A DNA stretch of 64,000 bases. Origin: Chloroflexota bacterium. Its GTDB lineage: Bacteria; Chloroflexota; UBA11872; VXOZ01. Each line of letters begins with the position of its first letter. Position 1 is the stretch's first letter. Shown piece after piece: positions 28,943-38,736 of this stretch. The stretch is from positions 512,001-576,000 of the forward strand of contig CAXXVD010000001.1 of assembly GCA_963662335.2 (NCBI GenBank), written 5' to 3'. Under the pieces are notes generated by a model, which saw nothing but the letters and a program-made list of their open reading frames with translations, was not told the DNA's origin and did not search any database. The position numbers and the translations under genes are program-made.

Positions 28943-30222
28943 GCCAGAAGCGCGTTCTGAAAGCCGACTGGGCCTTTACCGCCACCGGCGCCGACCTCAT
29001 CGAACAGGCGGCGGTCGTGCTGGAAGACGGGCGCATCGCGTACGTGGGGCCGGCGGCGGAACTTGGCCCGAATCACCTGGCCGGCGCGGTTGTCGAGGAA
29101 TTGCCCGGCCACACGCTGCTGCCCGGCCTGATAGACGGGCACACCCACCTCAGCTTCACCGCCGGCCGCCACCACGCGGAGGTGGTGGACGAAATCAGCC
29201 GCGAGACCGACATGGAACAGGTGGTGCGCACGGCGGCAAACGCCCAGAAGTGCCTGCGCGCCGGCTTGACCACCGTGCGCGACCTGGGCGGACGCCGCGA
29301 CGTGGTGCCCACGGTGCGCGACGCCATCGCCAGCGGCAGGATTGCCGGGCCGCGCATTCTCTCCTGCAACGTGCCCATCACGGTCACCGGCGGCCACATC
29401 CACTTCGTCGGCTGGGAAGCCAATGAGGACTGGGAGTTGCGCCGGGCCGTGCGCACGCTCATCAAGGAAGGCGCGGACGTGATCAAGATCTGCGCCAGCG
29501 GCGGCAACATGACCGCCGAGTCCAATCCCCTCATGGTGCAGTACAGCGCCGAACAACTGGGCGTGGTGGTCGCGGAGGCGCACAAACTCGACACGCCGGT
29601 GGCCGCCCACGCCATTCCCACCGATAGCATCCGCAACTGCATCGCGGCCGGCATCGACACCATCGAGCACTGCGTCTGGCTGGGCGCCGACGGCGGCTAC
29701 GACTACGATGAAGCGGCCATGGCGACGGCGGTCGCCAAAGACCTGACGGTTTCGATAACGCTCGCCGGCGTCTTTCGCGGCTACCTGGCCGACATGCCGC
29801 TCAGCGACGAAATACGCGCGGCCATGGACATCCAGGGGCCGCTGGAAGAAGAGCGCGTGGCGCAATTCCGCAAGATCTGGCAGTCGGGCGTAAATCTCAT
29901 CGTCTCCAGTGACGCGGGGGTGCGCTACACGCCGTTTGACGATTACTACGTGTCGCTCCGCTGCGCCGTGGAGTTGCTCGGCATCCCGGCTAAAGAGGTA
30001 CTGCTGATGGCCACGCGCAATCCCGCGAAAGGCCTGGGTCTCTTGGACGAGCGCGGCGCCCTGGAAGCGGGCAAGGTTGCCGACGTGATCGCGGTGGAGG
30101 GCAATCCGCTGGCGGACATCAAGGCCATGGCAAACGTGAAACTCACCATCCTGGGCGGCGCGGTCATGTTCCGCGACGGCATGATCGACGCGCCGCGCAC
30201 AACCGAATTGGGAGCCAGCTAA
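28939..30222 (+). CDS. Amidohydrolase family (prolidase-like) metal-dependent hydrolase
   Basis: LLPGLIDGHTH, TTVRDLG, ADVIKICASGG, AAHA, TIEHC, SSDAG, GNPL. Confidence 0.9.
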   Translation: MSQKRVLKADWAFTATGADLIEQAAVVLEDGRIAYVGPAAELGPNHLAGAVVEELPGHTLLPGLIDGHTHLSFTAGRHHAEVVDEISRETDMEQVVRTAANAQKCLRAGLTTVRDLGGRRDVVPTVRDAIASGRIAGPRILSCNVPITVTGGHIHFVGWEANEDWELRRAVRTLIKEGADVIKICASGGNMTAESNPLMVQYSAEQLGVVVAEAHKLDTPVAAHAIPTDSIRNCIAAGIDTIEHCVWLGADGGYDYDEAAMATAVAKDLTVSITLAGVFRGYLADMPLSDEIRAAMDIQGPLEEERVAQFRKIWQSGVNLIVSSDAGVRYTPFDDYYVSLRCAVELLGIPAKEVLLMATRNPAKGLGLLDERGALEAGKVADVIAVEGNPLADIKAMANVKLTILGGAVMFRDGMIDAPRTTELGAS

Positions 30223-30236
30223 GGAGATTCTACCCC

Positions 30237-31628
30237 ATGGCGGCGCAGTTGCTATCCGACATTCGCATCCGAGAAGTTGAGACCTACTTCACCGACGAGC
30301 GCGCGCGCACGCCGCTGAAGTTCGGCGGGGTCACTATGGAGGAGTCCACCCACGTGCGGGTGCGCGTGGCGGTTGAAAACCGCGCCGGGCAGACGGCGGA
30401 GGGTTGGGGCAGCATGTTTCTGGCGATCGGCTGGGCCTGGCCGACCGAGGCCGTGGGCGCGATGGAGCGCGACGCCGCAATGCGCCAGGTGGTGGAACGC
30501 TACGCCAAGTCGCTGGCGGGCCACGCCGGCTACGCGCACCCCATCGACATCGCACTCAAGACTGAGCCCACGCTCCTCAGCAACGCCGCCGACGCCAGCC
30601 GCGCCCTGGGGCTTGCCGAGTCGATGCCGGTGCTCGCCTCGCTGGTGTGCGGTTCGCCCTTCGACGGCGCGCTCCACGACGCCTTCGGCAACGTGAACGG
30701 CATTTCCAGCTACGACGGCTACTCCGACGAGTTCATGGCGGAAGACCTGAGCGCGTATCTGGGCCCTGCGTTCAAGGGGCAGTACTTGGACGACTACGTG
30801 CGCAGCGCCTACGTGGCGGAGATGCCGGTCTTCCACCTGGTCGGCGGCCTGGACAAGCTCTGGGAGCGCGAGATTACGTCCGACGACCCGGACGACGGCG
30901 AGCCGGTCTCCCTGGACCAATGGATCGCCCGGGACGGCGTCTACTGCCTGAAGATCAAGCTTCTCGGCAACGATATGGACTGGGACGTGCAGCGCACGTT
31001 GGACGTCTACGCCGTGGGCAAGGAGTCGCTGGCCAAACAGGGCCGAGAGGAAATCTACCTTACCGCCGACACCAACGAGATCTGCGAGACGCCGGACTAT
31101 ATGGTGGAGTATCTGGAGCGGGTGCGAGAGCAGGCGCCGGCGGCCTACGACGCCCTGCTCTACGTGGAACAGCCGACGCACCGCGATTTGGACAGAGCGC
31201 CGTTCCGCATGGACGGCATTGACAAGCTCAAGCCGGTCATCATGGACGAAAGCCTCTATAACCACCGCCAGTACGAGCGCGCCAAAGAGTTGGGCTGGTC
31301 GGGCATCGCGCTGAAAGTCTGCAAGGGCCACTCGCACAGCCTGCTCTTCACCGCGCTGGCGACCCACGACGGCCTTCCCTACACCGTGCAAGACCTCACC
31401 AATCCCGACCTGTCGCTCATCCACTCGGTGAGCTTTGCGGCGCGCATCAATCCCATGATGGGCGTGGAGTGCAATTCGCGCCAGTTCTTCCCAGCCTCCA
31501 ATGCCGCCGTGGCCGCCGTGCACCCGCGCATCGCCAACGTGCGCAACGGCGTGGCGCACACGGCGACGCTCACGGGAACCGGCCTCGGCTACCAGGTGGA
31601 ACGCATCCTCGCGCAGACTGCTACCTAA
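30237..31628 (+). CDS. Mandelate racemase/muconate lactonizing enzyme (enolase superfamily)
   Basis: KIK motif, metal ligands in DTNE, EQP, DES; ALKVCK. Confidence 0.8.
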   Translation: MAAQLLSDIRIREVETYFTDERARTPLKFGGVTMEESTHVRVRVAVENRAGQTAEGWGSMFLAIGWAWPTEAVGAMERDAAMRQVVERYAKSLAGHAGYAHPIDIALKTEPTLLSNAADASRALGLAESMPVLASLVCGSPFDGALHDAFGNVNGISSYDGYSDEFMAEDLSAYLGPAFKGQYLDDYVRSAYVAEMPVFHLVGGLDKLWEREITSDDPDDGEPVSLDQWIARDGVYCLKIKLLGNDMDWDVQRTLDVYAVGKESLAKQGREEIYLTADTNEICETPDYMVEYLERVREQAPAAYDALLYVEQPTHRDLDRAPFRMDGIDKLKPVIMDESLYNHRQYERAKELGWSGIALKVCKGHSHSLLFTALATHDGLPYTVQDLTNPDLSLIHSVSFAARINPMMGVECNSRQFFPASNAAVAAVHPRIANVRNGVAHTATLTGTGLGYQVERILAQTAT

Positions 31629-31687
31629 GGAGGCATGCCTTACAGGATAGGGCGCGTCGTGCTAGAGTGGAGGGGAAGGAGCGGCAG

Positions 31688-32125
31688 ATGGCGATTATCG
31701 ACACCTACAGGGTTTTCGAGAACCTTACGGGCGCGGGCTTCGATGAAGCCCAGGCCAAGGCGTTGGTCGGCGCGGTAATGGAGTCCCACGATACCGTTGC
31801 GACCAAAGCCGACCTGCAAGCGGTCAAGACCGACCTGCAAACCGAGATTGCTGACGTGCGCGGTGAGGTCCAAGCCCTGGCGCAAAGAACTGAAGCCGAA
31901 TTCGCCAGCGTGCGCGCTGAAGGCCAGACCCACGCACAGGAGAATAGGGCCGAGTTTGCCAGCGTCCGCGCCGAAATCCAAGCCTTATCGCAAAAGTGGG
32001 AAGCTGAACGCCAAGCACTGGAAATGCGCATGACCATTCGCCTGGGCACGATGATGGTGATTGTGGCCGGCTTGCAGATTGCTTTTCTCGTGTTCCTCTT
32101 GGCGCTCCTCGGTGTCCTACCGTGA
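31688..32125 (+). CDS. DUF1640 / CCDC90-family membrane-anchored coiled-coil protein
   Basis: IDTYRVFENL..AGFDEAQAKAL head, ATKADL neck, coiled-coil stalk, C-terminal TM; GGAG RBS before ATG 31688. Confidence 0.82.
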   Translation: MAIIDTYRVFENLTGAGFDEAQAKALVGAVMESHDTVATKADLQAVKTDLQTEIADVRGEVQALAQRTEAEFASVRAEGQTHAQENRAEFASVRAEIQALSQKWEAERQALEMRMTIRLGTMMVIVAGLQIAFLVFLLALLGVLP

Positions 32126-32239
32126 CCGGGCAACGCAAGTGAGGAATGCCCGCCTCCGGAGTCGCGAGCCCCCTGTGGACTGTGCCGAGCACTATTACTC
32201 TCTTGTGCCGGGAAGTCCTACGCCACCCATCACGGTGAT

Positions 32240-32986
32240 TCAGAGTGAATCGCCGCCGTCCACGTCGAGAGTCTGTCCCGTGACCCAGGCCGCTTCATCC
32301 GCCGCCAGGTAGACGGCTGAGAGCGCCACGTCTGCCGGATGCCCATCGCGTCCAAGGGCTGCCGGCGGCAGGCCGGCGTCTTCCGCGCCGCGCGTATCAC
32401 CAATGGACCCGGGGCAGATGCAGTTTACGCGGATGCCGTGCGCGCGGTACTCCCGCGCCAGGGTGCGGGTGAGGCCGACCAGCGCCTCTTTACCGGCCGC
32501 GTAGCCAACGTTGGCTTCCCGGCGCGTGCGCCGGGCCGCCGCCACGAAGAGGATCGAGCCGCTGCCCTGCCGCATCATCGGCGGCAACACCGCATGAGCG
32601 CAGTAGTAGGCCGTATCGACGTTTATGCTCATGAGGTAACGCCACTCGTCGGGCGCCGTCTCGTGCAACTTCTGCTCGCCATAGGCGTAGTCGCCGAGGT
32701 TGTCGAAGAGCACGTCGATGCGCCCCCAGCGGTCAAGCGCCGCATGCGCCATCGCTTCAGCCCCGGCAGGCGTGGCCAGGTCGGCGGTGGCAACCGCGGC
32801 CTCGCCGCCACGCTCCCGGATCTCCTGCGCCAGCGCCGCCAGCGGTTCGGCCCGCCGCGCTACCAGCAGCACCTTCGCCCCCTCATGCGCAAACCGCAAC
32901 GGCGTCGCGCGTCCCATGCCGCCCCCGGCCCCGGCAATCACCGCCACCTTTCCCGCCAAACGACCCGAACCTGCCCGGTCTTCCAT
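32240..32986 (-). CDS. SDR family NAD(P)-dependent oxidoreductase
   Basis: LAGKVAVIAGAGGGMG, YAAGK, GIRVNCICPG, VTGQTLDVDGG. Confidence 0.92.
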   Translation of the reverse strand: MEDRAGSGRLAGKVAVIAGAGGGMGRATPLRFAHEGAKVLLVARRAEPLAALAQEIRERGGEAAVATADLATPAGAEAMAHAALDRWGRIDVLFDNLGDYAYGEQKLHETAPDEWRYLMSINVDTAYYCAHAVLPPMMRQGSGSILFVAAARRTRREANVGYAAGKEALVGLTRTLAREYRAHGIRVNCICPGSIGDTRGAEDAGLPPAALGRDGHPADVALSAVYLAADEAAWVTGQTLDVDGGDSL

Positions 32987-33257
32987 TCTCTTCTTTCCTT
33001 TAAGAATCTAATTCCTACGCGCTACGACGGCTGGCGGCTGAGGGATGACTTTTTTCCGCAGCACAGGCCCTGCGACCGGCTCAGGACACGTTTGCGACCG
33101 GCGCCGCCTCCCGCGAGCCATGGCTTCACGCCATACCCCATCGTACTCTCGCGGCTTCTCCAGGGCAATCGCGCCTTATCCGAGCAGGACTGCGAGCGGG
33201 CAGTTCTCGTTCCCGCCGGCCCTCAGACACCTGGCGGCGGCGCGCCGGGGCATCTTG

Positions 33258-33263
33258 TATAAT
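33258..33263 (+). promoter_or_regulatory. Putative sigma70 -10 box for the gene at 33305
   Basis: TATAAT about 45 bp upstream of the ATG in a GC-rich context. Confidence 0.4.
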
Positions 33264-33304
33264 GCGCAGGGACTATTCACCGCATCTTAGAGAAGGATAC
33301 GGCA

Positions 33305-34153
33305 ATGAAGATTGGCATCTTTACCGACGAGGTGCATCCCGACTTCGATACGGGGCTGGGCGTGATGCGCGCGCACGGCATCATGTATGCCGAATTGCGC
33401 ACGATCAACGGCACGAACTTGATGGATCTTTCACCTGAAGAACTGGACGGCGTCGAGCGCTCGCTCGCGCGGAACGGCATCCAGGTGAGCGCCCTGGGCA
33501 CACCCATCTTCAAGTGCCCTCTGGAGGGGCGCGAGCGCAAGATCGAGGGCGACACCTTTGGCGCGCAGGAGATGACCTACGAGGAGCATCTGGCGCTGCT
33601 GCCGCACTGCTTCGCGCTGGCGGAGCGCTTTGGCACGCGGGTCGTGCGCTGCTTCTCGTTTTGGCGGGATGACGACCCGGCAGCGGTGTTTTCCAGAGTG
33701 GTGGAGCGCTTTGGGCCGGCGCTGGACGTAGCCGCCGCGCACGGCTTCGACCTCTGCATGGAGAACGAGCCGTCCTGCTACGCGGGCGTAGGCGAAGAGT
33801 CGCGGCGCTTGATCGAGGCGGTCGGCTCGCCGCGCCTGAAAGCGATCTGGGACCCGGGCAACTGCCTCTGGGACGATGAAGACCCGTATCCCAAGCACTA
33901 CGCGGCCATCAAGCCCTATCTGGCCCACATGCACGTGAAAGACGCCCGCCGGGTGAATGGTGAAGTCGAGGCGTGCCGGGTGGGCAAGGGCGCCACGGAC
34001 TACGCCGGCCAGTTCCGCGCGCTGGTCAAAGACGGCTACGACGGCGTCTATACGCTGGAGATGCACTACCAGGTGGCGGGCGGCCCGCCGGAAGCGGCGG
34101 CGATCGAGTCCGCCCAGGCGCTGCGGGAGATGCTGACGGCGGCGGGCGCATAA
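33305..34153 (+). CDS. Sugar phosphate isomerase/epimerase (xylose isomerase-like TIM barrel)
   Basis: FTDEV, MENE, WDPGN, HMHVKD, GYDGVYTLEMH. Confidence 0.88.
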   Translation: MKIGIFTDEVHPDFDTGLGVMRAHGIMYAELRTINGTNLMDLSPEELDGVERSLARNGIQVSALGTPIFKCPLEGRERKIEGDTFGAQEMTYEEHLALLPHCFALAERFGTRVVRCFSFWRDDDPAAVFSRVVERFGPALDVAAAHGFDLCMENEPSCYAGVGEESRRLIEAVGSPRLKAIWDPGNCLWDDEDPYPKHYAAIKPYLAHMHVKDARRVNGEVEACRVGKGATDYAGQFRALVKDGYDGVYTLEMHYQVAGGPPEAAAIESAQALREMLTAAGA

Positions 34154-34157
34154 CGTG

Positions 34158-34192
34158 AGGGGCGGCGGCGCAATGCGCCGCCGCCCCTTTCC
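34158..34192. terminator. Intrinsic terminator between convergent genes
   Basis: AGGGGCGGCGGCGC-AAT-GCGCCGCCGCCCCT-TT hairpin just after the stop at 34153. Confidence 0.7.
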
Positions 34193-34222
34193 GAGCCGGA
34201 GTGTTGAGGAACGGTGTGGCGG

Positions 34223-34453
34223 CTACTTCCCGTCGATCTCGGGAATGTCCAAATCCATGCCGGGGTAGATGGTCTTCGGGTCTTCGCCGTCGAAGCGCCA
34301 CTTGTTCTTCTGGAAGATCACTTCCCACTTATTGGCATCGCCGTACTCACGCTGCGCGATGTCTTCCAGGGTTTCCCCCGGGCCGACCTTGATCGTCTCG
34401 CGGACGCCGCCGCCTGACTTCTTCTTGCCAAACAATGCATCCAGGAAGCCCAT
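34223..34453 (-). CDS. Small LysM-domain protein (Kbp/YgaU C-domain-like)
   Basis: VGPGETLEDIAQREYGDANKWEVIF..N..DPKTIYPGMDLDIP; GGAG RBS. Confidence 0.82.
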   Translation of the reverse strand: MGFLDALFGKKKSGGGVRETIKVGPGETLEDIAQREYGDANKWEVIFQKNKWRFDGEDPKTIYPGMDLDIPEIDGK

Positions 34454-34772
34454 CGCTCACTCCAATCTGTGCTGAACTACGCCTAGCCCCGGACTTCATC
34501 GTCCGCACAAGAGTATAGCAGCTTCACTCTAGGTTGGCAATGCCGGTCTCGCGTAAATTGAGAAAAGGAGGGCGGCGGTGGCGCCCTGCGCGCTGCGCGC
34601 TGCGCTGTGCCCGCGCGCGGCCCGGCGCTGCTGCCGTCATGCCATTGAACCCCGTAAGCGTCTGGTACCATGGTCGCAGGCGGCTGGGCGCGTACGCCGG
34701 CTGCGGTCTCGCCGGAGCGCCCACGAAGCGCGCCGCGCGTGTGTGGAATGGGACAGGTGGAGGCGAACTGCC

Positions 34773-36485
34773 GTGCCCGACGTATCGTTAGCGCTCAATC
34801 TCTCCGTGGCCGTCCTCGCCGCGTTTCTGGCGGGGCTGGTGGCGCAACGAGTCGGTCTGCCGGTGATTCTGGGATACCTGCTCGCCGGCATCGCCATCGG
34901 GCCGTTCAGCCCCTTGCTGCGCGCCGACCAGCACGACGTCCAGGTGCTGGCCGAGATTGGCGTGATGTTCCTGCTCTTTGCCGTGGGCGCGGAGTTCTCG
35001 CTGCGCGAGTTGCGTCATCTGGGGCGCATCGTGGTCGTAGGCGGCATCGGACAGATCCTGCTGACGATGAGTCTTGGCCCGTTGGTGGGCAATGCGTTGG
35101 GGCTCTCCTTCGCGCAGGGGATACTGCTGGGCGCGCTCATAGCCCTCTCCAGCACGGTGGTGGTTGTCAAGGTGCTTATGACACGGGGCGAGTTGCAGGC
35201 CTTGCACGGCCGCATCGCGCTGGGCATCCTGATCCTGCAGGATATCGCGGTGGTGCCCATGGTCGTCATTCTGCCGGCGGTGGCGGCCGGCGGCGAGAAC
35301 GTGGCGCTGGACCTGCTCTTCCTGGCGGCGAAAGCGGCGGCGGTCTGCCTCGGCGCGTACTTCATCGGCGCGCGGGTAGCGCACTGGCTGCTGACGCACA
35401 TTGCCCACGGCGAATCGCGCGAACTCCTGATACTCGCCGTGGTCGCGTTGGCGCTCGGCACCGCGTTCGTGACCCAGTGGGTTGGCCTCTCGCTGGCGTT
35501 CGGCGCGTTTCTGGCCGGGCTGGTGGTGGCGGAATCTGAACTGCGCACGCAGGTGGTGGCGGAGGTCGTGCCCCTGCGCGACCTCTTCGCCTCGCTCTTC
35601 TTCGTCTCCGTCGGCATGTTGCTGGACCCGGTGTGGCTCTGGCACAACCTGGGCGCGGTCGGCATCGCGCTGGCTGCGGCCGTGCTCGGCAAGATAACCA
35701 TTCTGATGGTATTGCTCCTGCTGCTGCGCGTGCCGCCCCACGCCGCCGTGCGCAGCGCGCTGAGCCTGGGGCAGGTGGGCGAATTCTCTTTCGTCCTGGC
35801 CCAGATCAGCGTGGGAGCGGGCGCGCTGCCGGCCGCCATCTTCAACCTGTCAATCAGCACCGCGCTCATCAGCATCATCCTGACGCCGTTCCTGCTGCTG
35901 CTGGAGCCGCAGCTCTTGCGCGTGCTTGGGGCTTTGCCAATCATCGGGCCGCGGTTCGCGGAGCCGGATACCGCGCCCTCGTGGATGGGCCTCTTTCGCG
36001 ACCACGCGGTAATCTGCGGCTTTGGGCGCGTGGGCCGGGAACTCGCCGAGGCCCTGGACGCGCAGAATGTCAACTATGTTGTCGTGGAATACAACCCGCT
36101 CACCGTGCGTGAACTGCGGGAGCGCGGCATACCGGTGGTCTACGGCGACGCGGGCAGTCCCGCGGTGCTGGCGCACGCCAGCCTGGAGGAGGCGACGCTC
36201 TTGGCGGTGCTCGTCCACGATGACGTGGCGGCCGAGATTGCCGTGCGCCACGCGCGCATGCAAAACCCGGCGCTGGACATCATCGCGCGGGCGAGCAGCC
36301 GCGAAGCAATCCAGAAACTCCGCAACGCCGGGGCTTCGGAGGTCGTCCAACCGGAGTTCGAAGCCGGGGTGGAGGTGATCCAGCAGGTCTTCCTCCGGTA
36401 CGGCATTCACGGCGATGAGTTGGAGCATCTGGTCGGCGACCGCCGCACCACGTTCTACCGGCACTGGGAATCCCCGCAGAGATGA
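34773..36485 (+). CDS. CPA2 cation:proton antiporter with C-terminal TrkA_N (KTN) domain (YbaL/KefC-like)
   Basis: LAEIGVMFLLFAVG, ALSST, QDIAVVPM, GAFLAG, QVGEFSFVL, ICGFGRVG, YGDA; GTG start after GGAGG. Confidence 0.9.
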   Translation: MPDVSLALNLSVAVLAAFLAGLVAQRVGLPVILGYLLAGIAIGPFSPLLRADQHDVQVLAEIGVMFLLFAVGAEFSLRELRHLGRIVVVGGIGQILLTMSLGPLVGNALGLSFAQGILLGALIALSSTVVVVKVLMTRGELQALHGRIALGILILQDIAVVPMVVILPAVAAGGENVALDLLFLAAKAAAVCLGAYFIGARVAHWLLTHIAHGESRELLILAVVALALGTAFVTQWVGLSLAFGAFLAGLVVAESELRTQVVAEVVPLRDLFASLFFVSVGMLLDPVWLWHNLGAVGIALAAAVLGKITILMVLLLLLRVPPHAAVRSALSLGQVGEFSFVLAQISVGAGALPAAIFNLSISTALISIILTPFLLLLEPQLLRVLGALPIIGPRFAEPDTAPSWMGLFRDHAVICGFGRVGRELAEALDAQNVNYVVVEYNPLTVRELRERGIPVVYGDAGSPAVLAHASLEEATLLAVLVHDDVAAEIAVRHARMQNPALDIIARASSREAIQKLRNAGASEVVQPEFEAGVEVIQQVFLRYGIHGDELEHLVGDRRTTFYRHWESPQR

Positions 36486-36507
36486 TTCCGGCTCATACTC
36501 CTCGGTT

Positions 36508-36541
36508 CCCTCTGCCGCGGGAGAGGGTTAGGGTGAGGGGG
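36508..36541. repeat. CCCTCT...GGGAGAGGGTTAGGGTGAGGG palindromic repeat
   Basis: Reverse complement matches CCCCTCACCCTAACCCTCTCCC at 42617. Confidence 0.75.
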
Positions 36542-36579
36542 AATCTCTACATCCTCCACCCCACAGCGCGGCTTGGCGG

Positions 36580-37080
36580 CTAGGCGTCCCGCCAGAGTTT
36601 GCCGCGTTGCTTCACGTTCTCCAGCAGCGCTTCATCGAAGGGCGGCGGCGTGGGATACCCCTCCGGCTGCGGCGGTCTCCAACCCAGAATGAGCAGCACG
36701 GCGGGGTTTGTGTAGTAGGCGCTGTACGTCTGATGGAGCAGCGCACGGAAGAGTTCCGGCTGCGCCGCCTCTACTGCGCGCAGCGCCGCGTCACGATCAG
36801 AATCCGAAAGCGAGAGAAACGCAACGTGCGGGGACGCTTCGCCGCCGGCGGCTGCTGGCGCGCGTTCGCCGGCCGCTGCTTCGACGGCGTTGAGAGCGGC
36901 AAGGATGGGGCGGCGCAGGGCGGGGCGCTCTTTGAGGAAGCTATCCACCGTCTGGGCGCACCCGGCGTCGCCGGCGCCCGGCATCTCGTCCTGGGACGGA
37001 ATCAGCCGGTTTTGCATTGCTGCCAGGAGCGCAACTTGATGCGCGGCAAGGATTTCGCCGTCTTGGCGTTGTTCGCTCAT
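36580..37080 (-). CDS. Gluconate 2-dehydrogenase subunit 3-like protein
   Basis: RLIPSQDEMPGAGDAG, FLSLS..RDAALR, AYYTNP; translationally coupled to the GMC gene. Confidence 0.75.
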   Translation of the reverse strand: MSEQRQDGEILAAHQVALLAAMQNRLIPSQDEMPGAGDAGCAQTVDSFLKERPALRRPILAALNAVEAAAGERAPAAAGGEASPHVAFLSLSDSDRDAALRAVEAAQPELFRALLHQTYSAYYTNPAVLLILGWRPPQPEGYPTPPPFDEALLENVKQRGKLWRDA

Positions 37081-38693
37081 TATGCTACCTCACGGAGATT
37101 ATGCTTCAGCCAGGCGGAGACGTAAAGGGCAAGCGCCTGAATGGTGCTGGTAGGATTGACCGCGGCCCCGGTGACGAAGATGCTGCCATCGATGATGAAG
37201 AGATTGGGAACGTCGTGCGCGCGGCCAAAGCGGTCTACCACCGACGCGGCCGGGTCATCGCCCATGCGCGCCGTGCCCATCAGGTGCCAGCCCGCGTTGC
37301 GGGCAAGCTCCTGGTGCATGATCTCGGTGGCGCCCGCGGCTTCCAGCAGTTCCCGCGCCCGCGCAATTCCGAAGTCTAGCGCCCTGCGGCTATTCTCGCT
37401 GACGGTATACGAGATTTTGGGCGCCGGAATGCCGTTGCCGTCCGTCAGAGTCGGGTCAAGCGCCACGCGGTTGTGCGCTTCGGGCAGGTCTTCGACCATG
37501 ATGGCGATGGCCAGCATGTGCGCGCTGCGCTCGCGGTGCACGCGATGATGGGCGTCCCCCCAGGGCACCGCCTCACCGGGGAAGTGTCCGATGGCGGTTG
37601 AGAGCGGGCCGCTTTCGCGGCATAACTGTATCTTGATGCCGCGCACGAAACCCCGGCTCAAGTCAGTCTCGTAGAATTCGTGGCAGTGCAAGAGCAGACC
37701 GACGGGTCCCGCATGGCCGTCGACCCTATCGGGAAAGACACCGCTGACGAAGGCGATCGGGTGAAACATGAGGTTGGCGCCGACCAGGCCGTTGGAATTG
37801 GCGAGGCCGTGCGGAAAGAGACTGGAAACGGAGTTCAGGAGCAGGCGCGGCGTGCCGACGCCGTTGCAGGCGACGACGACGACCCGCGCGCGTTGCTGGG
37901 CGATGCCGCCTTCCGCCGTGTAGTAGACCACGCCGCTGGCGCGGCCGCGCCGGTCAACCGTGATTTCGCGCACGCGGGCGCGGGTGATGAGGCGCGCGCC
38001 CTTGGCCACCGCCGCCGGCCAGTAGGTCACGTGGGCGCTGGACATCGCGCCGCGCGGGCAGCCCATGTCGCACGGGCCGCAATAGTTGCACACCTGCCGC
38101 CCGGCGCCGAAGGGCGCGGTGATGAGGGCATTCTCGGTCGGCCACCAATGCCAGCCCAGCTTGTCCAGGCCGCGCACGTACACTCTGGCGGCAGCGTCGA
38201 GGCCAAGCGGCGGCGTCTGCCGGGGCAAACGCGGCGGACCGCTGGGATCGCCTTCCAGCCCCGATACGCCAATGTTGGCGTCGTTCCGCTCATAGTACGG
38301 CTCCAGGTCCCAATACGTCAGCGGCCAGTCGTCGGCCACGCCGTCCAGCGACTTTACGCGGAAGTCCGACGGCCGAAAGCGCGGAAAGTGGCCGCTCCAA
38401 TGGACCGTGCTGCCGCCGACGGCGTTGAACATCAGCGGCACGATGGGCGTATCGTCGTTGTTGAGCGGGTAGTCCTCCGGCCGCTGCCGCACGTTCGGGT
38501 CTTTGGCGAAGTCGGTCTGCCGGTGCAGTTCCCAGTCCGGGCGGTGGTGCGGGTAGTCGGTAGGATCGAGCCAATCGCCCTGCTCCAAACAGACCACGTC
38601 GAGCCCGCCGGCAGCCAGCGACCACGCTGCCGCCGCGCCGGCAGCGCCGGCGCCGATGATCAAGACGTCCGCCGCGTCATGGTTGGACGCCAA
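37080..38693 (-). CDS. GMC family FAD oxidoreductase (copy 1)
   Basis: IIGAGAAG, VGGSTVHW, CNYCGPC, HLMGTARMG, NPTSTIQALA; TTG start. Confidence 0.92.
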   Translation of the reverse strand: MASNHDAADVLIIGAGAAGAAAAWSLAAGGLDVVCLEQGDWLDPTDYPHHRPDWELHRQTDFAKDPNVRQRPEDYPLNNDDTPIVPLMFNAVGGSTVHWSGHFPRFRPSDFRVKSLDGVADDWPLTYWDLEPYYERNDANIGVSGLEGDPSGPPRLPRQTPPLGLDAAARVYVRGLDKLGWHWWPTENALITAPFGAGRQVCNYCGPCDMGCPRGAMSSAHVTYWPAAVAKGARLITRARVREITVDRRGRASGVVYYTAEGGIAQQRARVVVVACNGVGTPRLLLNSVSSLFPHGLANSNGLVGANLMFHPIAFVSGVFPDRVDGHAGPVGLLLHCHEFYETDLSRGFVRGIKIQLCRESGPLSTAIGHFPGEAVPWGDAHHRVHRERSAHMLAIAIMVEDLPEAHNRVALDPTLTDGNGIPAPKISYTVSENSRRALDFGIARARELLEAAGATEIMHQELARNAGWHLMGTARMGDDPAASVVDRFGRAHDVPNLFIIDGSIFVTGAAVNPTSTIQALALYVSAWLKHNLREVA

Positions 38694-38736
38694 GCGTGCG
38701 CTCCTCAGCCGGCGACACCGCGTGCAGCCGGTGTGC

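Noticed and set aside
34223-34453. LysM as a phage tail or contractile injection component
   Set aside because: No phage or tail genes anywhere in the window.
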